A stretch of DNA of 63,840 bases, the filler included, from Folioceros fuciformis (Eukaryota): assembly GCA_049999805.1 (NCBI GenBank). It is 10 parts of 10 records of this genome, joined end to end, with 100 filler letters (N's around TTAATTAATTAA, not from the genome) between each part and the next. Parts side by side here need not be neighbours in the genome. Positions count along the whole stretch, not along the records: positions 47,536 to 51,385 come from JBNGIO010004026.1; positions 51,486 to 54,026 come from JBNGIO010004027.1; positions 54,127 to 61,310 come from JBNGIO010004029.1; positions 61,411 to 63,840 come from JBNGIO010004035.1; 6 more parts are not named here. The stretch is one strand, 5' to 3'. The notes under the pieces are model-generated. The model was not told the origin of the DNA and searched no databases. It saw nothing but the letters and a program-made list of their open reading frames with translations. The translations under genes were made by a program, and so were the position numbers. Positions 50,094 through 61,721 of the stretch are shown here, piece after piece (the first letter of the stretch is position 1; every line of letters starts with the position of its first letter).

Positions 50094-51814
50094 NNNNNNN
50101 NNNNNNNNNNNNNNNNNNNNNNNNNNNNNNNNNNNNNNNNNNNNNNNNNNNNNNNNNNNNNNNNNNNNNNNNNNNNNNNNNNNNNNNNNNNNNGGGATGA
50201 AGTGCGGGGTCCAGCCCGCCCGAATCGGGGCGGGCTTGGAGGTCGGGCATGCATGTGTCCTGAAGCCCGGCTAAAATCCTCGGCTAAGGCCGGACTACAG
50301 TTGTGTCTGCAACCTGAGAGTGGCTGTGCACAACTAGCAAAACGTGCCCTGGAGAATCTCAGATAATCACGCGGGCCCTTGCATCAAGCTTTGGCTTCCT
50401 TGAATTTGGCAGGGGGGGCATGAGCCTGCCAGGCCGAATGGGAGATGGTGAAATCGGCCTCGAAGCCGCGTGCAGCCCATTTGGAGATGCAAGCGGACGC
50501 GCGGCCGATTCCACCATCTCCCATTCGGGCAATGCGCTGACAATGCGCTGTTGGCGATGAGCTTGGTGCGCATGGACATCTAGACAGACTCGCCTGAAGC
50601 GGACCTGTCATGAACTTGACAGTTGGAGAGGTTTTGCTGATATCAAGTGCATTAGCTATGCAAGGTGGCTGTTCGCCACTAGTCTCAGAAGCTGTTGCTA
50701 TGGAGCATTTGGGAAGTCATGGCTGTGGTAGTGGGAGCTTGAATTTGCCTGCAAGGCTTTGACTTGTGCCTGCAGCGCGTTGATGTGGAAGTGTGTGAAC
50801 CACATTCATGTTTCAGTTATGGAGAGCAGTAGCGACCACTGACCTCGTTGAGAAGTGATGGCTCTTCCACACGGGATACATGTTGCGGTGGAAATGGGCA
50901 GCCCCGGGGCCTGCTCACCCTGCAATTTCGGGTGACCTGTGGACCGGAGTGGTCGCACAACTGTGGGTCAGCAGCAAGAGCTTATTCGAAAGGACTCATG
51001 TCAGGCAGAGCAGCAGGATGTGATCTTAGCAGTGCGTGCTCCGCTTCTTCGTACAGGATGTGGGAAAGGACAAAGGATATTCATCCCTCGTCCTTGAAAG
51101 TAGCCGGAGCTTTAGGGTAAAGAATTCCCAACCTCTATGGAGTCCTTCCTCCTCCATGCAGAATACACTCCTGCGAAGGGTTGCCTTCAGATGAGCTTCC
51201 CGTGAATGTCTGAGCCGTTCCCTGCAACCCCGATCAGGTCGGTTCTAGAGAGCTTTGAAGGATACTTCTCAACCGTAGGGCGCAAATTCCGCTGACGAAC
51301 CTGGATCAGGCGGATCATGGCAACTTCAGAACCGATTTGGATTTCCCATCAAGCCAGAGGTGGAGCATGCAAGTCAACTTACCTCNNNNNNNNNNNNNNN
51401 NNNNNNNNNNNNNNNNNNNNNNNNNNNNNTTAATTAATTAANNNNNNNNNNNNNNNNNNNNNNNNNNNNNNNNNNNNNNNNNNNNCTGCGAGTTTGTCGT
51501 AACCGCGAGCGAGGACAGCTGCACTGATGAGTAGACTGCGGTTCGAACTTAGGATACGAACCTTTGTCGCCCACGTGAAACCATGCCCCTCTATCCTGTC
51601 TCTGTCCCTATGCTTCCAGTTCACACGGATTCTATTACCTCTACGTTGGCGCTATATTTCTACAGGGTCCGCTAATTCTTAGCAGTACTTGCAATCCGTG
51701 TATTTATTTGGTGGTATACAACTGGTGTAACATAATTAGATCATATAAATATATAATATATAAATATATTATAAAATATATAAATTATTTATATAAATTA
51801 ATTTAAAATAATAA

Positions 51815-51831
51815 TTTAGGGTTTAGGGTTT
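51815..51831 (+). repeat. Short plant telomere-type motif (TTTAGGG)2.4 in AT-rich DNA
   Basis: tttagggtttagggttt. Confidence 0.6.
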
Positions 51832-53639
51832 AATATTGTATATCATATTGGTTCATAATCTTTATCTTGATCACTTAATATAACTTAGAGTTAAAATATT
51901 CTAGAATTATTATATAATACTTTCAATTGTAGAGGTCAAGGGCTTGTTTAGCACAACTAAGATAGGTCTTTTATTATTTTGCATCATAAAATTTTGAAAG
52001 CAGACTTGAAAAAAATATTTAGAAGAATAATAATATAATTAATTATTAGTATAATATTATAATTAAGAATTTTTGCCCTTTCTTATTTTATATTCAAATC
52101 CTCACATAATTATTAGTATAATATTATAATTAAGAATTTTTGCCCTTTCTTATTTTATGTTCAAATCCTCACATAATTGTCTTTCATATTTAGTTTCTTT
52201 TGCAACTTCAATGAGAGCCTTAAATTTGAATTTTGTTCATGAAAGAAGGATAATAATATGTTTTTTATAGGACCAACTACAACAATGGCACTTGGGAAAA
52301 ACTATGCTAATATACTTTTTTCGGATATTTGTATCTAAAGCCCAATATGCATCAACATAACATTCAATGTCATATATGTGCATATAGGNNNNNNNNNNNN
52401 NNNNNNNNNNNNNNNNNNNNNNNNNNNNNNNNNNNNNNNNNNNNNNNNNNNNNNNNNNNNNNNNNNNNNNNNNNNNNNNNNNNNNNNNATCTCATAATAT
52501 GTTTAAGAGCAACCTAGTGATCTCTCCTTAGATCCTCTGAGAATTATGCAACAACATTTACAATGTTTGTGATATGTGTTCTTGTTTGTACCCTATTGAA
52601 TATAGAAATTATATGGACTATGAAAAAGAAGTGCAACATAGTTTTATACCAACGGTACTAAGAGTGGCTACTACTTACGCATTTTTCACGTTTGAAGCAT
52701 TTTAACATTCCAACTATATATCTTCCTTAGTGAAGATAGATAATAGCTATGCTATCTCTATGTACATACATTCCAAGGATACATATCACATAGATGTTAC
52801 TATCTTCTTCACTTTGGACAAACCCTCACATCTAACATAAGCATATATTCTTTTATACAGCTAATGTCGACTTTCTTTGAGTCCATGAATTGAGCAAAAG
52901 AGTTTACACACCTTATAAGGAAATTTCTTATCTTCATAGCCCTTAGATTGGTCCATATAAATTTTTTCCTTCAAATAACCAAATAAGAAGGCAGTACAAA
53001 CATCAAATTGATAGATTTTCAATTAAGCTCCACACACAAAGCTAAGAATATTTTTATGAAAATAGACTTGACAACAAGTAAGTAAACTTAATCGCCTTGA
53101 TAATCCGCTTCCTCTTTTTGATTTAAAACCCTTTTCCACGGTTGGTTGTATAGCGTAGTTGATCATAGGGCTCTTTATGGCATTGTTTTCATAGGTATTA
53201 AAAATTTTGAGTTTTTACTTAAGATTTTTAAGTAAAATTTAGTTCGAGCCTAGTTTTCTTTTAAGATAAAAATCGTCCTCGTTCATAGTAAGTAGAAGCA
53301 ATAAAATAGCTTGCATTATAACCACTTAACTTATTTAATTCTTACAGCACTACGTACTTTTTTTAGTAGTTATTTATTTATTTGGTTAAATATAATTGGT
53401 TTACGATCACAACAATCTTATCTATATAAAGGCATGTACTTTCTGTTATCAATGTAACACACATTGCTAGAACTGGTGTATGATTCTCATCACAATCCTC
53501 TAGCTATCTCAAAACTTATAGGTTTGGGAGTTGGATTAACATGAATTAAGTCTAGAGGTACTTATCGTACAACACCATTTTGAGAAGATCCAAATTCATC
53601 AAAGTTTCAAGATTAAACGATTAAACATTTCATTCCAGT

Positions 53640-53900
53640 TGTGGTCTCCTCCTCTGTCCTAGGTTTAAAACACAATTGCAACTTTTCATTTGTTTTCCCA
53701 TCACTACCTCCAAACACCCATTAGCATTTTGATTTTCCATTTAGTCTCTTGTATATCCTCGCTTCTCAACCCCATAGCATATGCTGTGCCAAAATGTATG
53801 AGAGTAAGTTGGGTTCCTAAATCAATCAAAACTCTCTCTAGTGCAAAACCATCTATCAAAACGTCAAGTTGCATTATCCAAAAAATGCAATCCCTGGCTT
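53640..53900 (-). mobile_element. Degenerate retropepsin (Gypsy-like aspartic protease) fragment
   Basis: Minus strand reads LDVLIDGFALERVLIDLGTQLTLI. Confidence 0.55.
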
Positions 53901-54939
53901 AACTTCGCTATTGATAAATAGAAGATAAACTTACTAATAATTGGACAAAAGCTTCAAATTCTGATAAAGTTGCCCTTTGAGGTTTCTTGAGTAGTGGGAC
54001 ACCAGACCATAAGCAATTGGACAACTNNNNNNNNNNNNNNNNNNNNNNNNNNNNNNNNNNNNNNNNNNNNTTAATTAATTAANNNNNNNNNNNNNNNNNN
54101 NNNNNNNNNNNNNNNNNNNNNNNNNNTTGTGGCTTGTTTGCTGCAAATCGGGAGCACAAAGTGGCAGGCGCGCTGGTTTTGGCGTATGAAGACTTAAGCG
54201 CGGGGGGTAGCGCGGCCAGCTAACCGGCCTCCCCGCGCGCTCACAACGGCCGTGGCGGGGCCGTCCGGATCAACGGGCCCGTGCCCTTTATTATCCATCC
54301 TTATTTATATTAGTTTTATGGGGGGGCCTCTCACCGGCCACCCATCCCAGTACTGATTCGATGGTTGCTGCTTAACTATCCACTATTACTACTTTCTTTT
54401 TCATAAGAGGAGGGCCTATAATTGGCTCCTCATCTCGGTACTGATATGGGCCCGCGTTGCTTAATAGTGGAGTTCTTATCGAGGCCGGCATTTAGCCCCC
54501 ATCTCTCCACTCCATATTATATGAGGTATACAGTATTGCATTTGTCTTCTTCAAAATTTTTAATCAAGTGGGAGCTTATACATCTCTTAGGTCTTATTCT
54601 ACAGCGAGACTTCACCCCTATATTCATAGTGAGTGGGAGTGATAAAATAGGTCTAGATTTAGGGCGCTATTCATTAGGGCTTCGTAACATTAAATATAAT
54701 TATCTACCTATGGTTATTTAGGTAGTTGGAAGTTATATTGGTTATATCGGTTATAACCGTTTACGGTATAACTACTTTCGGTTACAACCACTTATGGTTG
54801 TAACCGCCCAACCGTCCAACCACCCAGCCTATTTAAAGGCTTGTATACACTTTACTCATTATTTACTCAATTACATTGTTTCTTCTTCTTCCTATTTGAG
54901 AGCTACCGATTCTCATCAAGAAGAAATTGGATCCCCGGT

Positions 54940-56935
54940 CCACCAAACTGAATCTGATGGAGTCAAAGACTATCACTTGCTAAACGGACACACTAGTCAA
55001 ATCATTCTTGCCCGCAACGTCATTTTTAATGAGCTACCTCTCTTGTTAGAATTACCATCTCCGATAATTCCGATATCTCCACTCTGACGCTGTCAAATAA
55101 TCTCCAAGCCAATGATTTACAGGACTCCATGACGACATCTTTTAATGATGATGTTGTCTATGTACCTCCAGCACCCCATATTCCACCCCTCCCTCTACCT
55201 GGTGTGGTTACTCCTCCATCGACTCCCATCCACTCAGTTCCATCACCTGCAGTGTCAACCTCACCTAGGGTGTTCCCCTCCACTACGGGATTTCCCTCAT
55301 CCAACAACTCGCTCCATAATATGTTGTCTTCTCCTCAGATGGCTCCGCGTCTAATCCCTGGCAGACCTGTGCAGCTATCAAGGGGAGAAGGAGCACAATC
55401 AGATTTATCTGCACAAGCCCCTGAAGAATTGCTACTAACCCTTGCACTTGCGGAACTAAATGCTCCAAAATTACAACGTTCAACAAGAACAAATAAAGAA
55501 GTGCCAGGTACACGTTTTGATGACCTAGAGTACTTTCGTGGACTTGTAGCTAACTCAGTCTGCATCATCAGTGACCCTCGTGGTTGTTCGAGAAGCACTT
55601 AACGATGATGAAGGCACTGAGTGGCGAGCTTCCATGGATCGAGAGTTCAAGTCTCTTATTGCTAATGAAACTTGGACTTTTGTAGACCCTCCTCATGGCA
55701 GAAGCATTGTGACTAGTAAATGGGTACTAAGGAAGAAGTATAATGTTGATGGAAGCCTTTCCAAGTACAAAGCCAGACTTGTTGCATGGGGTGTTACTCA
55801 AAAGGATGCCTTAGATTATCAAAAGGAAAGCATTTTCATTCCAGTGGTTAAGCTTACCTTCTTGCAGGTCATGCTTACTCTATCTACCATACACCACCTA
55901 CATGTACATCAAATGGATGTGCAAACAGCTTATTTGAATGGCGTTCTTCGAGAGAAAATTTATTTACAACAACCGGAGGGCTATGTTAAACCTGATAAAG
56001 TCCATAAAGTATGTAAACTCCACAAGACCTTATACAAATTAAAACAGTCATCTCGTGGTTGGTACGAAAGATTTCAAATCCAGTTGCTTAGTAAGGGCTT
56101 CGTCAAATCCAATGCAGATTCAAGTGTCTTTATAAGAAGAGAGGGTAATTTTCACCTTATATTGGGTCTCTATGTTGATGACCTTGTTCTTTGTTCCAAC
56201 AATCTTAGTTTTCTCAACTTGATCAAAAGTGAACTCAGTAAGGAGTTTCTCATGACTGACGATGGCGTCATCCAATTCCTTCTCCGCGTAGAGGTTGTCA
56301 TTAACAACAATAGCATCAGTCTTCATCAAGAAAGATATGTAATAGACATGCTAGATAAGTATGAGATGCAGCATTGCAAACCTGTGGACACCCCATGAAA
56401 ACTAGTGAAAGATTACCGTCCTTTATGTTTCCAAGCACTCTTGCAGAAATAGAAGAAATGAAGGATATACCCTACAAAGGCGTTGTGGGTAGTATACAAC
56501 ATTTGGTTCAGAATACAAGACTTGATGTGTCATGTGCTTGTAATCACATTGCTCAGTTTCAAGCCTGACCTGGGAAGCCACATTGGTTGGCTGCAAAACG
56601 AATTCTTTGATATCTTCAAAAGACAAAAACTACAAGCATTACTTATACTGGTGGTGAGGGTGCACAAGACAAGCTTATAATTATGGGATGGACAGATTCA
56701 GATTGGGCCGGTGATGTGGACTCCAGAAAATCGACATCAGGCTATGTTTTCACTCTTGTTGGAGGTGGTGTTAGTTGGAAGTCTAAGAAACAACCTTGTG
56801 TTGCACAAACGTCAGCAGAATCCGAGTACATTGCTGCAACTGCTGCCGCCAAGGAAGCCGTTTGGCTTGTTCAACTCCTACACGATCTCGGGTACCCTCA
56901 CTCTGGGCCTGTTGAAATTAAGTGTGACAGTCAGG
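54940..56935 (+). mobile_element. Decayed Copia pol (integrase tail, RT, RNase H)
   Basis: ARNVIFNE, KYKARLVA, QMDVQTAYLNG, LYVDDL, WTDSDWAGD, SAESEY, IKCDSQ. Confidence 0.95.
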
Positions 56936-57988
56936 CTGCCGCGCCGGGCACCGGGAGCAGGGTTGGCTGGGAGCGAGTTGTGGACGTGGCTGCAGCGGGA
57001 TCGGCGAGGCTGGGNNNNNNNNNNNNNNNNNNNNNNNNNNNNNNNNNNNNNNNNNNNNNNNNNNNNNNNNNNNNNNNNNNNNNNNNNNNNNNNNNNNNNN
57101 NNNNNNNNNNNNNNGGACAGCTGCGCGGGGTAAGGACGAATCGCCCTCCACCGCCGGGGGCGCTGGCTGGGGTAGCTGGGGGCCAGGCTGGTAGGGTGGG
57201 CGAATCCCGCAGATCGGGACGGGGAGCGGGATTGAACGCGGCAGGGATCGGGATTGGCTGGGCTGTCTCTGGCTCTGGGCAGCGGCCTGAAATCGGCCCC
57301 CTGCAGGTCCGGGGTGGAAAATCGGCGAGAATGGGATCTGGATCGCCCAGCAGCGGTGCGAGACACAATTATGTATTATGAGACACACTTTGTGACATAC
57401 GCACAAAGATCTCCAATGACCATCAGGGACGCATCAATGAGGTAATTGTACAAGTGCTAAAATCCTGTCATGACTAACTAAGGTAGCTTGATTTTACCTC
57501 TCAAATTAAAAGCCCTTCTTAATATTGTGTCATTATACTTGCCTATCCTAGATCTTCCTCCTATTTTCTAGCAGATCATTTTAATATTTTAACATCCTTT
57601 GTTTTGCTTTTTTTTAATACTTTTCAAATTTCACCTTTCAAATTTATAATTTAACTAGGCGTATCTTGTAACTACATAAACTATAGCGAAAAAATAACTT
57701 GAATCATATATTCTTATTTGAAAATATCTGATATATATTACAAAGTAAACGAAGGGCAGACGTATACTCTCAGACGAGCCTAGATGTTATTCTAAGATCA
57801 TTACTAGTGTCTACTATCCGGCAAGGTGTGGGAATTCCAAAGCAAGAAGAGGAGAGGAGCACGCATAAATGCGAACCCGATGTTCCCGATCGAGCGATAA
57901 GGGCTAGTCAGGAAGCGTTACATGCAATTGGTGAAACAGGTAGGAGTTGTGACGGTACCGTGTCCGAATGCGGCGTCCGTATGATGGA

Positions 57989-58873
57989 TCACTGCGTCAG
58001 GGTCCTGGTGGACAGGTACCAATTGGACGCAGCACTCGCCGCAGCCATCTGTATCTCTTGTCCCGAGGAGGTGGTCGCTGCAGCCGGCGTTAAAGCCAGC
58101 GGGGCTTGCTGCTAGTTTGCAGAGTTGGTGGTGGTGTCATAGGTGGTGAGCATCCGGTACACGCCATCTGGTGCTCCGCACAAGGTGACAGACTGTTGAA
58201 AGGAGAGCGCAAACAACTGGCGGCGGGTGGTCGCGCTTGCTATGGTGGAGATGTTTGTGGCACAGGGTGCCTGCTGCAACGTGCTTCCTAGCGGGCCGCT
58301 CGTCCAGCAGTTGCCGGTTTGGCTATTCTTGACTTGGACCACATCCTGGGTGAGGTCGGCAGCTAGCGATCCTTGCTTCTACCGGAAGAATTGGAATACC
58401 ACCTTGGGATCGGCAGTCCCGTAAGTAGCCGGCTTCAAAATCAACTGCACAGCGCGCCCACGGCAACGAGGTGATGTAAGAGCAGTTCTGCCTACGAGTC
58501 GATGCAATCAAGAGTTGGACTGCCGACACTCTGAGTTCGAGTGCTTACCGTCGCCGCGTTAGAGGCTGAAATATCATTCGGCTGCGTTGGGGCGGTCACG
58601 GTGCTGCCCTTACATTGATAGGTAACTTGGCCGGGGTGCAGCACTTGGAACTTCTGCACGCTCGCGCTACCGGGGAGCTGAGCCCGCACCAAGCCTGTAG
58701 CTATAACAGCAATAGTGAGTGTACTCCAAGAAGTGAGTGAGCTGATGCCAGCCCTCGGCGCACATCGATATATCATTCCAGGACGTATTGTACCATTCGC
58801 GCGTGAACGTACCAGAAGCTGCGAAGATCAATGCGAGGCAAGGCAGCATGAGCAGAGGAAGGGGAAGGGCCAT
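57989..58873 (-). pseudogene. Secreted protein with ricin-B-like motifs and two in-frame TAG stops
   Basis: Signal-like MALPLPLLMLPCLALIFAASG; plausible GT-AG introns; VQVKNSQTGNCW..LQQAPC..RQLF. Confidence 0.5.
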
Positions 58874-59131
58874 TTTCAGGCAGCCCAGAATGAACCAGGT
58901 CGCAGCAAGTCAGATGGAGAGCACTGTGGAGTGTCCAGTTTCTATGGCTCATGCTAAACGTCGGGACAAAGTTACGAGGCACGGCTTTCGAAGCACGTAG
59001 GCCCCACCACATGCCATCCACCTTGCCGATGCTCCATGCATACCATGAGGCCACCCGTCCTGCCCAGGCGTGCTCTTCACCGTCGCGCCCGCCGGTGCGA
59101 CACCACCGGTGACCGGCCTTGTGTATGGCAA

Positions 59132-59465
59132 GGCATCCTGTATTCTGTATCTTGTATACGTGTTGAGTACCGTATCTCAAACTCGGCGGCAATGTTTCGA
59201 ATACTTTCGTCGCCCGCGTTTCCTTATGCCTAAGCCTCCAAAGCTTGCAGCCCTTTCCCTGCCCGCGTTCCTCATGCCCAAGCTTCACCTTTTCCCTCAC
59301 CCGCGTTCCTCATGCCAAAGCTTTGAAGCCTTGGCATCACCCACATTATTGAGGCGAAAGCGGGAGCTGGAGCCTTGAAGCTGGACTGTAATTTGCAAGC
59401 GCTGAAGCTGTATATTGTGTATACAGCTGTATACGCAATATACAAGATACAATATACAAGATACG
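59132..59465. mobile_element. Possible MITE with imperfect inverted ends and internal short repeats
   Basis: gtatcttgtata near 59147 versus tatacaagatac near 59438 and 59452. Confidence 0.4.
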
Positions 59466-59675
59466 CTGTGGAGATGGACTGTAATTTGCACGAGCTGAAT
59501 TGTAATTTGTAGGGGCCATTACTATGGCCTTGCCTGTGTTAGGCATATTGTGGGCTTCTAGTAAATGGAATAATAGCTGATAGAAACTTTTTCAAATTGC
59601 ATGTAGTACCACTTCTTTCATTAGCAATTCAAACAGCAAGTAGCTACAAATAAAAAAAGCTCTCACGTGCCTTGG

Positions 59676-60260
59676 CTACTGACTACTAGATGCGTGGTTT
59701 GTAAATGTTCGTTTCTGTTGCTTCGTAACAGGAACTTGCCAGGCCTCAACAAATTCTATAGGAAGAGCACCCTTTGCAATATGCCTAAGACCTTGACTTT
59801 CCCAAAATGCTGGTTTCCTTTTTAAGCTGTTATCTCGCGTAAGAACGCCTTCCGGAAAAGTAAATTGTGGATGGACACCTAACTCTTGTGCTCCTAGCTC
59901 TTTAATTTTCTTGATGGCTTGTTGCAACAAGCTTGTTATATGTTTCTCTAAGTGTGGCCATTTATTAATCAGTGTGCAAATTTTCTTGAATTGCGCCTCC
60001 AAAACTTCACCTCTTTGGCATTGTTAGTTGCATTGGGTCACACTTATATCTTCATGGCCTTTGGAATTTCTTTTCCCGCATATTCATGATTCAATCTTTT
60101 TGCTATAACATAAATGAGAACATCTCCAAGTTGTGCCATTTGCATAAATTGCTACACAAGTTGCTGAGTCAAAGTAAGTTTTTCCAATAACATCCTAACC
60201 TTCACTTGGTGTTTATAAATAAAGCCGTGCATAGCAAACAAACAATTGCACTGTAGAGGA
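59676..60260 (-). mobile_element. MULE/SWIM transposase C-terminal remnant
   Basis: Minus strand QCNCLFAMHGFIYKHQVKV resembles the SWIM motif near 14820-14860. Confidence 0.55.
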
Positions 60261-60439
60261 AAAAAATGTTCAGGAACCCCTTTCTTAGCATCAAAAGATG
60301 TTGACTTTGTTTTTTTAGTGTGAACAGGTGAGGAAACCGGCCTAGTAAGTATGAGTGTGAGTATATCTATACATAAAGTCTCCTTAGGCTAGAAAATGGG
60401 AGTGGGGTGACTTAGCGACGGTGGCTGAAGCCGAACCAC

Positions 60440-61310
60440 TGTCGCGGAAAATCGAACGGCGATAGCACAACCCCGGTAGTGGAGCCCGACAACCTGGTAA
60501 TGATAAAACCCAAAAGGGTAAAAAGTCAAGTGTCATTTTCAGGAATGCACTCGGGTGAGCAATCGAGGTGGACAAGGGGGGTGGAGCGCAACAACGGAGC
60601 AGCTCAGGCAAGAGCCAAAAACAACAGGCCGAGGACGCGGGCAACAGCAGCGGTTGAGCTACGGGAGCAGCTACCACGCTTGAAGAAAAATGGCGCGAGA
60701 GGAGAAGCCTGCGCAGTTGACAACAACGGAAGGCACCTTGGAGCAGGCCCCAATGCCGAAAGTAGAGACAGCCTTCTAGCTGAACATGGAGCATTGGCGA
60801 GCAAGGGCCAGGGGGCTGGTGGAGGACTTAAGCTTGGGCTTTATGGCTCAGCGCTGGAACCATACAGTCTCGGGGCTGGTGCAGGAGTGCTCCCAGCACT
60901 TACGGAGTCCGCGTAGAGAAGGGGGTATTCGAGGGAACCCACATGAGTGGAACTTGGAGTTGGTGAGGAGAGTATACGAGTGTAGTCCAGAAGAGGAAGG
61001 AGGTATGGTCCTCGAGACGCTGAGGAAGAAGAGCATGGTGGACGCGGCGCAAGCGTTGTTTAAGCCAGGGACCATAAGGGAAGCCAACGGGTGGCTGGCC
61101 AGGGATCTGGCGATAGCCCAGCTGATGGGGTTGGCAAGATGGCTCCTTTGCTTCCTACAGATCAGGAAGCAAGATTACCTCTTTGACCATATGCTGTTGT
61201 TTCTACATGAGGTGGTCAAAGGTAGCCAGGTGGATTGGGGTAGGATCTGAGTGAAGAAAGGCAGAACCTCGCCTCGTACTCACCCCGACCTTCACTAATT
61301 TCTCCATTCC
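60440..61310 (+). mobile_element. Second copy of the unknown repeat-associated ORF
   Basis: EHWRARARGLVEDLSLGFM..EVVKGSQVDWGRI, paralogous to 38439-39540. Confidence 0.6.
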
Positions 61311-61721
61311 NNNNNNNNNNNNNNNNNNNNNNNNNNNNNNNNNNNNNNNNNNNNTTAATTAATTAANNNNNNNNNNNNNNNNNNNNNNNNNNNNNNNNNN
61401 NNNNNNNNNNCCACGCTCTTCTGGATTTGGTTGTGGAGTGATGCTTGAGGCTGAGCCTAGTTCACGGGTTTAGCCCAGGGTTTCGCTGCTAATTGGATCT
61501 ATGTTGTTGCTTGGCTGGCGCTGGTAGTGACAGCGTACGCTTAGTTTTAGCTGCTCATCTGCGTGAGGAATGGCTTGAGAAGGCAGCTGTTGCATGTTGT
61601 GCTGGTGCAGACGCTTTGTTCTACAGGCCTGCACCTTAGGGTTTGCGGTGGTCTTCTTGGACGCTGATGGATGGTTTATTGCGATGATGAGGCACAGTCC
61701 TGGCGAGCGTGAAGGAACAGA

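Noticed and set aside
51815-51831. True telomere
   Set aside because: Only 2.4 units, internal to a contig
56936-57381. Gly-rich extension of RNase H ORF
   Set aside because: Read-through into unrelated GC-rich sequence across an N gap
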